Assembly: GCA_003971905.1 (NCBI GenBank)
Contig: RSEE01000021.1
Span: 496,001-560,000, forward strand
DNA length: 64,000 nt
Source of the DNA: Moniliella sp. 'wahieum'
Taxonomy: Eukaryota
Reading direction: 5' to 3'
Below the pieces are notes generated by a model. That model saw only the letters and a program-made list of their open reading frames with translations. It was not told the DNA's origin and made no database searches. The position numbers were made by a program, and so were the translations under genes. Position 1 is the first letter of the stretch. Every line of letters starts with the position of its first letter. This document shows positions 12,507 to 24,889 of this stretch, piece by piece.

Positions 12507-13101
12507 ATGGCCGCTGTCAACGCCGCTGCTACTCAGAGCAAGCCATTCGGCAAGGGCACCCGTACTTTGCCCGCCCAGCGGGCCCACAAGTACTACCCTG
12601 CTGTGGACGCCCCTAAGCCTAAGGTGACGCGCAAGGTCAACAAGCCCTCTAAGCTGCGTGCCAGCATTACGCCCGGCACTGTGCTCATCCTCCTTGCCGG
12701 CCGCTTCGCGGGCAAGCGTGTCGTCTTCCTCAAGCAGCTCGAGTCGGGTCTCCTCCTCGTCACGGGTCCTTTCAAGGTGAACGGTGTGCCTCTCCGCCGT
12801 GTGAACCAGGCCTACGTTATCGCTACGTCGACGCACATCGATGTGAGCTCTGTTAAGGTGCCCGAGAACGTGACCGATGCCTACTTCGCTCAGGAAAGAC
12901 CCGTGGCCCCAAGCCCGAGCAGGCCTTCTTCCTTGACCCGGCCAACAAGGCGGCCCCCCCGCTGCTAAGGTTGCCGACCAGAAGGCCATCGACGAAGCCG
13001 TCATCGCGGCTGTCAAGAAGGCTGGCCCAACCCACCTCAAGTACCTGGCCACCACCTTCTCGCTCAGCAACTCGGACAAGCCTCACGCCATGAAGTTCTA
13101 A
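12507..13101 (+). CDS. RPL6: 60S ribosomal protein eL6
   Basis: [53 protein letters not shown]-terminal [19 protein letters not shown]; indels near 12895-12960. Confidence 0.96.
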
Positions 13102-14681
13102 ATGGCACCATGACGATTCTCCTTTTGGAAGAGAACCCGCCCTGCTTGTTTCGGTGTCATACTCCGGCGTCTGTTTGACGAACCAGCGGTAAAAGAGGAA
13201 GGCGAACGGGCAGGTCGACTCACGGGCTACCTGTTTTCCCTCCTTACCTTCCACCTATCCCTGTGATCCTTCTGATGGCGTAGATCCTACCTCCCAGCAG
13301 CCTCTATGAAGGTTGAGACCAACCGCATGTTTCATCCTATGCCATGCACCCACTCAAGCATGGCACCTTCCAATGGTTGTGATATATAGTACCGACACGC
13401 GATGATGAGTGGAGTGCTTGGTACGATGGGCAGGGGAACGTGCGGATGACCGCAGGATGTGGTCGATGTTTTTAGAGCCCGGGATGCTCCAATCGACTGG
13501 CCGAGCTTGAAAATAACTTGCCCACTGCCTAGTATGAGAGCGTCTTGGTAGCTATCCTGAATTTCGTCATTGAGGCCCGTGATCGATGATCAATGCTCCG
13601 GGTGGTTAGGATCTTTGTCGCGAAACGACGTGCATGAGATGCCATGTTAGGGAGTGCCTCAGCCCACGAAGTGAGGTGAGGGTCGTCCCCGACGCTGCAT
13701 GGCGAGCCATTGATCTTGCCACAATCATGGACGTACTTGGGGTCGCACATCAACGACAGCTGTCGCATTTGTTTCAATGCTAGATGGCGTCGTCATAATA
13801 CCAGCACCGCCGCAAATCAGTCGCCTCCATCCAACACTCTCCGTCACCATGACCACCCCTACCTTCCAACAGCCGTCACTTGTTATGGATCGTGCGTGAG
13901 TATGGACCCTTCCAGTTGTTAGAGTGCAGTAGGCCAGCTCAATATATATGCGCGTGTACTATACACAGTCCTCATATGTATAAGTGCGGTGGTGTTACCG
14001 TGGACACTGGTAATATCTCCCTGTGCCCCTTTTCAGGTCTTCGACTCAAATCATGAATTAGTCCCCCACTTCCCCCTCTTCTGATGGCACTGACCTTAAA
14101 TCTGCACACGCCAACCCCCGCGCTGTAACAAAACGAGAGACACGGTCGAATCGGCCAGGATGGCCATGTGGTGGACTTGCAATTGAGGAGAGGCACACTG
14201 GTGCTATGTCCATGTCCAGGAAAATGAGTCTCATCAACTAACGCTGCTGTCGAGAGTATGTCGCCTCGCCACACCAACCTCTTTGCCAACAAGGCTTGGC
14301 AAGTCAACCTGCCTGCTAGCACCAATACTTATTCGCATCCCCAGTATACTGGTCTAATCCGCCCTAGTCCGCCCCTTCATACGGAAGATGGGTGCCAACC
14401 AGCTTCTCGAGCGGCAGGATCCGTAGTAATCATGCCCTCCCACATATAGGCATTTGTTTCCCATGCGCTATGGTCCATTCCATAGTCCTGATCCTTTTGG
14501 CAAATGCAAAGTCGGCTGTAACCTGGCCGTAAAACAAGGCCAAAAGTATGCCATGACAAGATGCAGGAGCACAGGTCGCGTGCCCCTGATAATTACCGGA
14601 GGTTCGGCATCGCTCGACTCGTACATGGACTTGGATTTTGGGAGTGCAATAACACCCAGTCACAGAGTGTACAATGCATGT

Positions 14682-15050
14682 TTAGACTGCACAAGGGTTC
14701 AGTGGTTAGTCCTTGTCGACACGGCAAAAACCGGATGAACTACGCACTGTCGAGGGGTAAAGCATGATGCGAACGCTTTTGCCGAAAGCCGCAGGAGGGA
14801 TGTTGGTGGCAACTTGGCGCGCACAATACCGAGTTGCCGTGAGAGCGAGTGACGCGGCCCAGATAAACACGGACCTTGGTGCCACGGATCTCCTTGGTAC
14901 CCTTGTACGTAGGCCACACGCTTGCCGAGGTAGAACTTGGCATCCGCCTGTTGTCACACCGTCGATCTGGATGAGCGACGTGTGCGGGTGGCTGACATGC
15001 TTGGAGCGCTGGTGGCCCTGGATGCGGCCCTTGGCGTACAGGCGCGACAT
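14682..15050 (-). CDS. RPL33: 60S ribosomal protein eL33 (L33/L35A)
   Basis: MSRLYAKGRIQGHQRSK, TSLIQIDGV, GRVTRSHGNS, VRIMLYPST; terminal intron about 14747-14687 (GTGCGT..CTAAC..CAG); TAGGGTT at 15135-15141 upstream. Confidence 0.93.
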
Positions 15051-15674
15051 TTTTGATAGCTTGGTGGTCAAAGAGCAGCTGGCCGGAAAGGTACAACGAG
15101 CGTCCGGGCATCATCTCTGGAGGAGAACTTCTGCTAGGGTTGGAGCACTGGAACACTAGCTGCGGCGAATATTGCGCCTGACACATTGGGTCGAGATAAC
15201 CTACCACTGAAATTTAAAATTGGACTTGCTGGCCAAAATGGGACTACGTCCATCCTTCGACGGTAGTGGCACGTGAGGGACATGTGACATGCGACGACGC
15301 TGTGATGTGTGTGCTATGGCGGGATATGTGATGGGATACCTGACCACGCTGCTGCCATGGCAGGCTGTGCCCCCCAGGCGCTATCAATATCAGGGCCCGA
15401 TTGCCTCATATAGCTTGTGTTGAGGGACCGCCTCTTCCGGCTTCCTTCTCGTTATATACGCTGTGCAGGAAAGGAGGCGAGAACTTCACCATCTCCCTGT
15501 GGAAGAAGAAGAACATCGCCTACGATGAGCAACAACCAAAAGACGTCTCCCCGTTCAAAAAGCTGCCTAGTAACAAGGGCGCGGTGAGGATGCTGACCAG
15601 CTGACTCCTTTGAAGTAATTCCCCTCCCATCTAAGCTCCATCCCACTGGCATAAATGTTGAAAAAGCGAATCAG

Positions 15675-15727
15675 GCGAAGGCTGCGAGGCTGCGAAGGCT
15701 GCGAAGGCTGCGAAGGCTGCGAAGGCT
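15675..15727. repeat. 9-bp tandem repeat (GCGAAGGCT)~6
   Basis: Directly visible; one unit has a 1-nt deletion. Confidence 0.9.
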
Positions 15728-15984
15728 CTCGGCGCTATAGAAGTAATCCTCCGATAGCATTTCCTCGTGTGGCATGCCACGGGTATGTCAGACGACAGCT
15801 TTTGGCAGATTATGTGGACTGTGGTCCAGTGGAGATCCAATACTGCTGAGTATTGCAATCATCGGGCGACGGGGCCTTGCATGTTACTGAAACATGATCC
15901 CGTGTAGTTCTGCTGTTTTGCGTCTCGCTATGATACACTGTCGGTGCGTTGCGATGGACATGTGGACAGCAATCTTCCCGAAAT

Positions 15985-16300
15985 TGTAACCATATCATTG
16001 ACAGAGGTTCAGGATGTGGGACAAAGAAACGGGGCCTAAACCCATCTCATCTGGCGTGTGTTTCTTGTTGGCGCTAAATCTGGTTAGGAAACCAGAGGAA
16101 CCGCCAGCAGATGAGGTCCCTCTGGGCTCCGCCATCCGTTTCCAAACCGGAGATAGTCGGTGTGTGGACACGAATGAGCGTGGTAGACACCACAGCTGTG
16201 AGCATCTCCATGGAGACTCAGTAATTCTCATTGTTTCATTCATTCAAGTGCCCAAACATCTTGGCTCGCCGTCTAGGTGCATGGCACAGTATCCTGGCGT
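15985..16300 (-). mobile_element. Decayed 3' fragment of a CRE-like non-LTR retrotransposon
   Basis: CCATATCATTGACAGAG..GGGACAAAGAAAC..GCCTAAACC and CGCCATCCGTT..GTGTGGACAC..CGTGGTAGACA match the copies at 28.2, 29.4 and 38.6 kb. Confidence 0.75.
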
Positions 16301-16684
16301 CGCCATATAACCAAAAAAACTATGCCAAACCGACTGTCATACAGTTTTCCCTGATCTCGCTCCCATTTCCAATTTCTTCGTCCCGAGCGTCTCGCGTTTT
16401 CCCTGTCACTTCTACTTCGCACCATGTCCTCTACTCTTGCTCCTTCCCCACGAAAAGTCTCGACCCTGGTCTCCCCCTCGCCTTAGCCCCGACCGTGTCA
16501 AAAACAGAGTGGTCTTATCACACTACGTTGTGCAGCGCTAAACCGAACCCGCCAGGACGCCATTTATAGTAGGTGATAAATAACGAAAGTGAACCGGTGG
16601 CTAGGTGGATGGGGGAACGGTGGCTACGGTGGCGACGATGGAACGGTGGACGAGGGAACTATGGAACGTAGCACCCACAAGTCG

Positions 16685-17160
16685 GGCCTTAAGCCCTGGG
16701 GTCCTTTAGTTAATCATTAATCGCAAACGTACGACGTTCAACGTTTCAAATTGCAACGTTCATCTGAACGACCTTCGATCATCGAGATCATCGATCTGTA
16801 CGCGGTACGCGGTACGGTTCATCGCGGTTCATCGATTGATCAAGTATCAATCATGCATGCATGCGTGACAGCAAAGTGCGTCCCTGGTGGCGAACGCGTC
16901 GTCGACGAGCTCCGGGAACTGCGGGACAACGGGAACTGCGGCAACGGGGCACCAGGGCGCACCCTGGTGCATCGGCTCCCGGCTGAGATCCGAGATCAGA
17001 TCGATCAGCGATCGACCATCATGCGTCCATCATGCATTCAAAAGCTTCAAGTGAATAGCTAGTGACTAGTGACCGGTGATCATCGATCAAGTGATATAAG
17101 ATAGCCGATAATCGATAGCCTTGGGCCTTAGGCTTAGGCGCTAGGCCCTTAGCGATCGGT
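16685..17160. repeat. Heptamer palindrome arrays upstream of the WOPR gene
   Basis: Blocks with ACGT, TCGA, TGCA, AGCT, CTAG, CCGG and GGCC cores, e.g. CTAG-TGA-CTAG-TGA-CCGG-TGA at 17059-17079. Confidence 0.8.
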
Positions 17161-17717
17161 GATGGATGTGACCTGGGGTACATATGGCGGACAAGCGTGT
17201 ATCTGCCCACGGGTGCCAGGCAGAGGCGATGGCCAAAGCGCCGCAAGAGCCTGCAGGTACATGGTGCAAAACAGGGCACAGCCCGGCACAGTCCCTCCAA
17301 GCTAGTGGGCTTCCGTCTCGCATCCAGAGCTGAGTCTCAGCGCTCCAGAGCCTGAGCACTCTCGTGCTGCTTTCTATGCTTTGGAAGATACTCGGTCCTG
17401 CATATCTGCCTTGTGCTTTTGGCCCTCGCACGCCTGCCTTTGCCTTCAACACACGACCATCTGTGCTCCGAGCCTCCACCACTGCCGCCGCCACAGCCAG
17501 CTCTGCTCCCTTCCATTCGCCTGGTCACGACCGTTTCCGTAGCGCTACTGCTCCTGCTACAACCACTCTAGTTGCCACATCCTCCGTGCCTAGCCCAGGT
17601 GCCCTCAGGCTGAGAGACCTCAGTTCCCCTCTTGAACACATTCATCCCCAGTGTCCCAACCGCCAGGGGTTTCCCGCCGCGCCACAACTCTCATCGTTTG
17701 TTGCTCACGCGCAGCCC

Positions 17718-19330
17718 ATGGCTCACCCCATAAGTACCATGGGCTTCCGCCCCCTTGGCGATCCCCGGTCCCAGACCGCCTATTCGTCTCGCTTCCCTAC
17801 CCATATGGTGCCACTGCCATACGATCCACAGACACAGCAACACGCGCTGCTCGACCCATCCGAGTTACCGTTCCCGCTACGCCCCGACGTCCCTGTCTCC
17901 GATGTCGGCCCCTCCTCCGACTCTCACATCCAGCATCGGTCCTTCCCTACCCATTCCCGCCACACCCTCCTCGTATCATCAGTCGCAGTATGCCTTCCCG
18001 CGTGACTCGCGTCTGCACGATGAAGACCCTGCCCATTAATCCTCACCTTCATGCTCATGAGCATCCTCACAGTCACGCAGACGACTACTTGAATGCGTCG
18101 TATTACGCATCCCAGCGCTCTGAGCGCGAACACACACACATCATTGAGCCCCTAAGCAATAGCTTCCACTTCCGCCCTGACGCTCCTATCCAGCCGCCCC
18201 CTCTTATTTGTCGTCCCCCCAACAAGCCCTTACGCCGGCTCAGACGCAAATGCAAGTGCAAATCACGCAAGCGCGGCAACAACCCACCTATGTCGGTCTC
18301 ATCCGTACTACCAAGGAGGCGCTGAAGCTACTGGCTGCCTGCGATTTGCCCGAAAGTATGCCCAACAATCCCCCTCGTCGCCTTCGCCGTCGTCTCCTCG
18401 ACTCTGAGCGCTCTACCCTGTTCGCTCGGGCAACGTCTTTGTGTGGGACGAGGCTGAGTCTGGTATCCGTCGCTGGACTGATGGACGCGTGTGGTCCGCC
18501 AGTCGAGTGAATGGCTGCTTTCTCACATACCGCGAGCTCTTGGTCCGAAAGCAGTAAGTCCCTATTTTTTGGTCTACCATTTTCAGGACAGACACTCTGA
18601 CCTGCATTGCTACCAGCCGGGAGGGCCTGGTTGCCCCACACACAACGAGTACAAAGTCGACGGTCTACTGAAACAGTCTTTCACGGTGACGACCACTTCC
18701 GGTCGTAAACTGCACATTATTTCCTACTACCGTAAGCGAGACCTGCGTAACCGTCTCTTCCGTCGGGTGGATGACGACCCTCGTTTCACGTCTACCGACG
18801 GTTCGGGATGGCCTATCAACATCGACCTGGCTGAATATCCTGACCCCGAAGTGCACTTGGAGCCTCTGATGGATCGCAAGCGTTCGTCTGATTCCAACGT
18901 GGTAATGTCTGTGGATGGTGAGTGGAACGACCAAGAAAGGCGCAAGCGTGCTCGCATTGAGCCATTTGACGACTGTGGCAATGCGACGCGGACCAGTTAT
19001 AGCGGGAGCTCTAAATCAGTCGGACTCGTTTCCGCTGGTACAGGCCCAGGTTCGGGTTCGGGTTCATTCTCAGGGCCGGCCTCGGACGTATCTGACTCGG
19101 GATACCGCTTTGCCCCGCCCACTCGCTGGTCCTCCAAGCTACCCTGGTCGATGTGGGAACTGATCCGGGAATGGACCGTTCAGCAGCAGGAGCGCTCATG
19201 TGTCTGGCCAAGGACGATCCCGTGCTACCGCCCTATTCGCAGGCAGTCGTCTATCCATCACAGCCTCGCTCGGCTCCCGTTTTTCCTAAGCTGCACCTAC
19301 GATTTTCTGCTGCATCTCGTTGTCTAGGGT
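17718..19330 (+). CDS. Gti1/Pac2 (WOPR-domain) transcription factor
   Basis: PTYVGLIRTTKEALKLLAAC, RRLLDSER, SGNVFVWDEAESGIRRWTDGRVWSASRVNGCFLTYREL, YKVDGLLKQSFTV, HIISYY; intron 18554-18616; both ends approximate. Confidence 0.9.
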
Positions 19331-21014
19331 GCCCCAAGATCCTGTTTGCCCAACGCTTACCACCTCTGTGTCCATATTATATACTCTCCTGTGCTTATAT
19401 CGTTCGTACCATCATCTTGACTTCCACACCACCCTGCTCGTCATGTCTCGCCGCGCCTTGTTTGTCCAACGTATTTGTGTTGCTTTTTTATATTTTTCTC
19501 ATCGTTTTCTATGTCTTTTTTGTGCTCTTGGGATCAATGATTCATTACCGGTTACGTGCCTGATCACTTTTTAGCAATATACTTTTTATGAGGCCCAATG
19601 ACCGGAATGACCAGTCATCACATGATGGCCCTTTTCACCTCTGGTGTGCCGCTCTGTTAAGTGAGCGATGGCGTATCCATTGACGCGTTCTGTACATGAT
19701 TACTATCAGGGCGTGTGGATGTGGGTGCATCCACTCGAATGAACCTGGGCAGGTCACCGTCTTACTGGCATGTCTTTTCTAAATCGGCCAAGGGAAAATG
19801 GATCTTTTGTTTGCACATATCAGCATTATATATCCAGTGGACACAACTTTTTGCTTTCGGAACCCCAGCCGTTAACAGGAGCCAACTGTGGCTCTGTGGG
19901 TTATCCCAGCCTTGCTTCCGTGCTCCTGGCACGGACTATAGCGCTCAAACCGACCAGTAGTTATTGTGATGGCCGCTTTGATTGTACGCGATGAATCATC
20001 GTGTATCATCCTATTAAGGCTGTAGTGTGTAGGTCACCTGTAGTGCCTAGAACGCCCATCATCATGAGATCTCTCATGCAAAACCCTCTTGTGCTTCTTC
20101 ATGATTCATTGTTGAGGCCAGAAGATACCAAGTTTTGTGCTATAATTACTCTAGGGTAGTAGTATATACAAAATGCTATCGCATATGATGATGCGATCCT
20201 TTGGTTGTGGGGAGACCACACATCGCCATGATGAAGCCTGATATAGCGCATTCTTTGTGTTTCTATGTGTCTCTCACCCACCCATGTGATGCGCAGGCGT
20301 GGTACAGTGTATAATGTGGTTGTGGGGATATCATGCCTGTTGGGTTTTGTCTTGCACATAGCCTCTCATTTTATGTGGGATCAGTGGTTCACCCAGCATC
20401 AAAACATCCTGCCGACCCGTCGTGAACCCTTTCGGTCATATGCGCCTCTGCCATCATGATCAGATAGTCCGTTCTGTCCGCTATAGGGGTCACGTCCTGC
20501 GATATGCATGTGGCATATACTATGAATGCTGGGTATTCATCAGAGACCCCAGACTGTTGAATGCTGGATGCCGTTGATGGCACAAAAATGGACACCGTGA
20601 TTGGCGTCCTTCGAAACTGCAAAGACAACCTTCTCAGTGTGGGCACGACGGTATTGTAGCATGTATCGCACTGCAACGACCTATAACTCTCGGCTCTCCT
20701 TCGCACGCCCCCTACGCGGTCATGCGGAACCCTAAGTCAAAAAGGACTACAAAATGAGTGGAAAAGCGTGTGTACTTGGCATCAAAATGTCATAGCGCGT
20801 TGTTCATGCCATCCGTGTTGTGGACTAGATGGAGCTCGTATACTGTCCACCCATAATACACAATGTGGAAGTGTCCCCGCGCATTTGATCCACAAAAAGA
20901 AGTTCAGCTTGAGATGGGATGTGTGTGGTCAAAACGTAGTAAAAAAGACCCACACAATTGCTGTGTCGGAACTTGGCACAGTAGATGATGATATTCCATT
21001 GTGGAAGAACGTCA

Positions 21015-21182
21015 TTACAATCCACATTTAAGAATGATGCAGTGCGTGGCAATCGCGTCCTCGTTAGGAGCTGGGACTGGGGCCGGGACTGGAGCGGGGG
21101 CCGGGCTGGGGGCGGGGACCGGGGCTGCACCGACCACGGTGGCTAGAACAGCGGCGAGAGCAAAGACGGTAAAGACCTTCAT
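21015..21182 (-). CDS. Small secreted Pro/Ala-rich peptide (about 55 aa, 2 Cys)
   Basis: MKVFTVFALAAVLATVVGA-APVPAPSPAPAPVPAPVPAP-NEDAIATHCIILKCGL*; TATA-like TATATAAA on the minus strand near 21278-21285. Confidence 0.65.
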   Translation of the reverse strand: MKVFTVFALAAVLATVVGAAPVPAPSPAPAPVPAPVPAPNEDAIATHCIILKCGL

Positions 21183-21594
21183 GATGGGATAGGAAGAAAT
21201 CCTGAGGAGGAGAGCCAAACCGAACGTGTGCCGATTTGCGGATGAAGATCCGGAAAGGAGGGGCTGCATACGGGGCCGTTTATATATTAGTTTTCCCTTT
21301 AGCAGTCGTTACGTCATTCTGTTGGCTACTATAGTAGTACTAACCATATGCGCACATGGTTGTGAAACAGAGTGTGTCACATGTCAGGTAGCCACTGCGT
21401 CCACACCACATCTTGCCACTTAAAGTGTAACAGGCTACTATACTGACGGCTATACTTCGAATACTCTACTCGCGTGGGATACATAAGTGCCACTGGTAGC
21501 ACACTTTCAAGAATGTAGAACAAAGAACAGAATCGGTTCGTCTTTATCTTGTAGTGGAGAGGCTCGATTCCCATGTGGTTTACTGTGGGAAGTT

Positions 21595-22050
21595 CTTCAC
21601 GTTCAACGTACTCAACGTTCACACGTTCACGGTTCACGTTCATGCCCCTCAGGCCGGCCTCATGCACATGGCACAGAAGTATTTGGCACACCAGATATAT
21701 CCCCCACACCTGCATCATGCATGATGCATGAGATGCCTCTTGTGCCACCTGTGGGGCCTCGCAGGGCGTCGCACTAGCTGTTGCGTGGGAGCGAAACTGG
21801 GCCATGTGCTAGAAGCCATTTTTGTATCAGCGCCTATCATATATCAACGATGCCCATGTAGCTGATCACGCATCACTTATCACTACTAAGTCACTTTCAA
21901 CGCTGTTGTTATCCACTCATCTATACGGGCTCTCTCCTCTCTCGGAATAGTAATTCATCTTCTCTTTTTTATAGACTTGAAGCTTGAGCTCACCGCATAC
22001 TCCGTGCAGAAGCGAGGTGATGAACCTCGCGAAGCTTGAAGCAACTTGAA
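21595..22050. repeat. Heptamer palindrome arrays
   Basis: Degenerate ACGT-TCA run 21597-21642; TGCA-TCA-TGCA-TGA-TGCA-TGA 21711-21731; TGA-AGCT-TGA near 21978; AAGCTTGA near 22033. Confidence 0.75.
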
Positions 22051-22435
22051 CTGTTGGGACCCGCGGTCCCGTACTTAGGCTAAAGGCATCACCTTCTCGA
22101 TCATCACCCTTCGCCCCTGATTTGACCTCCGAAGCCTCCACGTGTATACTCACTGCAGGCTTGTTTGAACCCCTGTCTCCTCTAGGTGTGGCATAAGGCT
22201 TAGACCTAACCACCACCACATGCACCACCGCGATTGCATTGCTCTACATTTCCAGAGGTTCATCACCCAACCCCTTGGGTTTCTCCGGTCTTACAGATCT
22301 TACACAAGCTTAAAGCGAATGAAAATATTTATCGCTGTCCTTGGTGGGCGCCCACAGCCACATGGCACAGTAACTCAGGACGAAGAAAAGCCCTATTGGA
22401 CGAGAAGTATACTAACTGGGAGACCACCGGGCCTC

Positions 22436-22520
22436 ACACGCCGGATGAGCGGGTCGGTTTAGGCGTAGTGTTTCCCTGTCCCAGCCTTAAGCTCTGTCAA
22501 TGATACGGATGCAATATAGT
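22436..22520 (+). mobile_element. 3' terminus of the CRE-like element
   Basis: GGTTTAGGCGTAGTGTTTCCCTGTCCCAGCCTTAAGCTCTGTCAATGATACGGATGCAATATAG, nearly identical to 29375-29442. Confidence 0.8.
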
Positions 22521-23029
22521 ACGCTCCTTACACCGGCCGACGTCATGATGAAGATGGTGTTAGAGTTGATGTAGGCGCAGGGCGCACGCGAAGACCTGTG
22601 TGTGTATTTGTGGTACATTTGGACGCTTCACGGACATAAGCGGGGGCGCCGATTGAACTCTGCGAGGTCAATATTCAGTGCTGTAGACATGAGACTAGGA
22701 ATTGGAGACGAAGAGGGTCACGAGATGAAAAGTGTTACATCCTCTTGCCCGGCTTCACAGCTTCATAACACCAACTTCCTTTGTTCCCATTCAAAGCAGC
22801 TGTATAGGTATGACGGTGTCACAAGGATCATCTGCCAGTGAAGAAGCGGAAAATGACGTGCCCGCAACGCCAAAGATCCCCACAAATGTGAGTCAGGCTT
22901 AAGGTGAAGTCCTAGACACTAGCAGTGCCTATACGTGTATGGATCATTTTCGATGTAACCCAGATTCCGGGCACGGTCGGCACACAAGCCAAACGACGTA
23001 TCATATGTGCACTGAGGGACATGACAGAC

Positions 23030-23596
23030 TTAAGCAGACTCCTCAACGGCCACGACGGGCTTCTTGGCTCCACGGACCTTGCGGGGAGGGCGGGGGGCCA
23101 CACCACCCTGTTGGGCGCGGATGATGCCCTGGGCCTTGGAGACGGCAGCCCTGTGCAGGTCCGGGCGGGTGGCGGAGACCTGGCGAGAGACAATACCAGC
23201 CGCGCGACGGGCGCCGCCAGTGACCGTGTTGCGGTTGAATTGGCGGGCGACATCCTGCGACGTGGCCTTGGGGTTTTTTGGGAAATGACAACGCCCTTAC
23301 CGTTCTTGGCGGGAGCAACGCCAACTGCAGCAGGGAAAACCGAGGAGTACTGGGAGCCCAAAGCGTTAGAGATACTCTCCATCGCGTCTGGGCGGTTGAC
23401 TCTTTGAAACGTCACAGGCACCCAGGCAGATCCGCATCGTCCGGGTCCAAGAGGGGTAGGGCACACATACCTTGGCCTGGTTGACGGCAGCGATGTTGCC
23501 CGCCTCGCGCGAGAAGAAGAGGGGCACCTGCTGCTGCTTAACAATGTAAGCGTTGCTCTTCTTGGTGAGCAGCCACTGAAGGTCGGAGGAAGCCAT
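23030..23596 (-). CDS. RPL28: 60S ribosomal protein eL28
   Basis: MASSDLQWLLTKKSNAYIVK, FSREAGNI, RPDLHRAAVSKA; intron 23470-23350; TAGGGTT at 23680-23686 and 23761-23767 upstream. Confidence 0.88.
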
Positions 23597-24889
23597 TGCG
23601 CTAAACAGTCGTGTCCAAACGGTGGGGGTTGGATAGGTGGGACAACGATGCGTCCCACTGGTTACGAGAGCAAGAGAGTTAGGGTTAGAAAATGTACCGC
23701 AGTAAGTAGGTTCTTAATTTGTGAAAGCAGGGATAAAGCTGTAATACAGTAAGACAACGTTAGGGTTTGTATTTTCCAGAAACATCAGCCATCCATCGGC
23801 CGCCAGCGTGTCGAGGTACATCTTCTTGCGCCGGTGTATCATCAACTGGTCGCAATCAGAAGGTCCTTACTGACTGAAAGATCTATATACGGAGCTGATC
23901 ACGGGTGGGGAGAGTGAACGAAGTTCGAGTGGAAGTGGTGTTGGGCATGAGAGAGACAGGAGAGGAAGCGACACAGGAGCGCAAACTGGCAGGCGCGGGA
24001 CCTGGGGCAGAACAGTGTGGCCTACCCACTGGTGCAAGGTCATCACGGCCGTGGTCAGGGATATGTCGAGGAGGGAGGTCGAAACAGGAGTTCTCTCGGG
24101 GCTATGCATACCATGAAAATCAGCAGGGAGAGTAGTAGGGGCTAAGCCACATTTGCTCTATATCCATACATGCGCCTTATTCCCCTACGTGTTGCATCAA
24201 GACGAACAGACCGCGGGATGACGAGATGGGTGGTGTGATTGTTGGAGAGAGGAACATATCCCTCTCCGCACTTGGTCACCACTGATTCATCTTTTCAGGG
24301 AGTGGGAGTAAGAAGCTTGGGATTGGAGCAGAACAGACTGTGTACTTCGTTTGGGAGTGGTCCACCTGACGCGGGGTTACGACAGCATCGTCGAGCTGTT
24401 TCAAAAGACGGCCTATAGGTCATCGTCTCCCACGAGAGATGCAACTGTCGATCATCGAAACAGCGCGTAGACTTGAGAGGTAACTACGGGAGACTAATTC
24501 GTAGCTTCATTCGCCATACAAGTCCGGGCGGTCACACATCGTTGGACGTCTGTGGAGACACGACGTCGAGAGCGGTCAACTTCTAAAGCTCACTGTCTAT
24601 GGTGCGGTTATAATCAGTACAACCTATATATCAACGAAAAGTATAAAAAACATCGTTCGTGGCAGCGTTTTTGTATGAAGACGTATAGCAAATCATGACG
24701 ACCAGATAGAGGGGGGAGCGAATAATCGCAGAAGTCGAAACCGTGACCGTTTACAGACCCATGCATCATGGCAAATACAAGGGCATGAGAAGGGAGGCAA
24801 AAAGAGACAAAAACTAATAGGGTCTTGGGACAAGAAGAAAAGACCAATGACCATGGCGAAATAGAAACGTATTAACCAGAAGGGCAACT

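Noticed and set aside
13402..13560. ATGATGA as a possible snoRNA box C
   Set aside because: No suitably placed box D or recognisable rRNA guide.
15675..15727. CRISPR-like arrays in this or other repeats
   Set aside because: Eukaryotic context, no repeat-spacer structure, no cas genes.
21015..21045. CIIL as a CaaX box of a mating pheromone precursor
   Set aside because: It needs an inserted base to place a stop after CIIL, and lipopeptide pheromone precursors lack signal peptides.
22405..22435. TGGGAGACCAC resembling the 5S rRNA box C region
   Set aside because: Flanks show no 5S similarity; it is better explained by the repeat shared with 54133-54148.
23679..23768. TTAGGG motifs as an interstitial telomere
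   Set aside because: Only 1-1.5 units each; treated as promoter elements instead.
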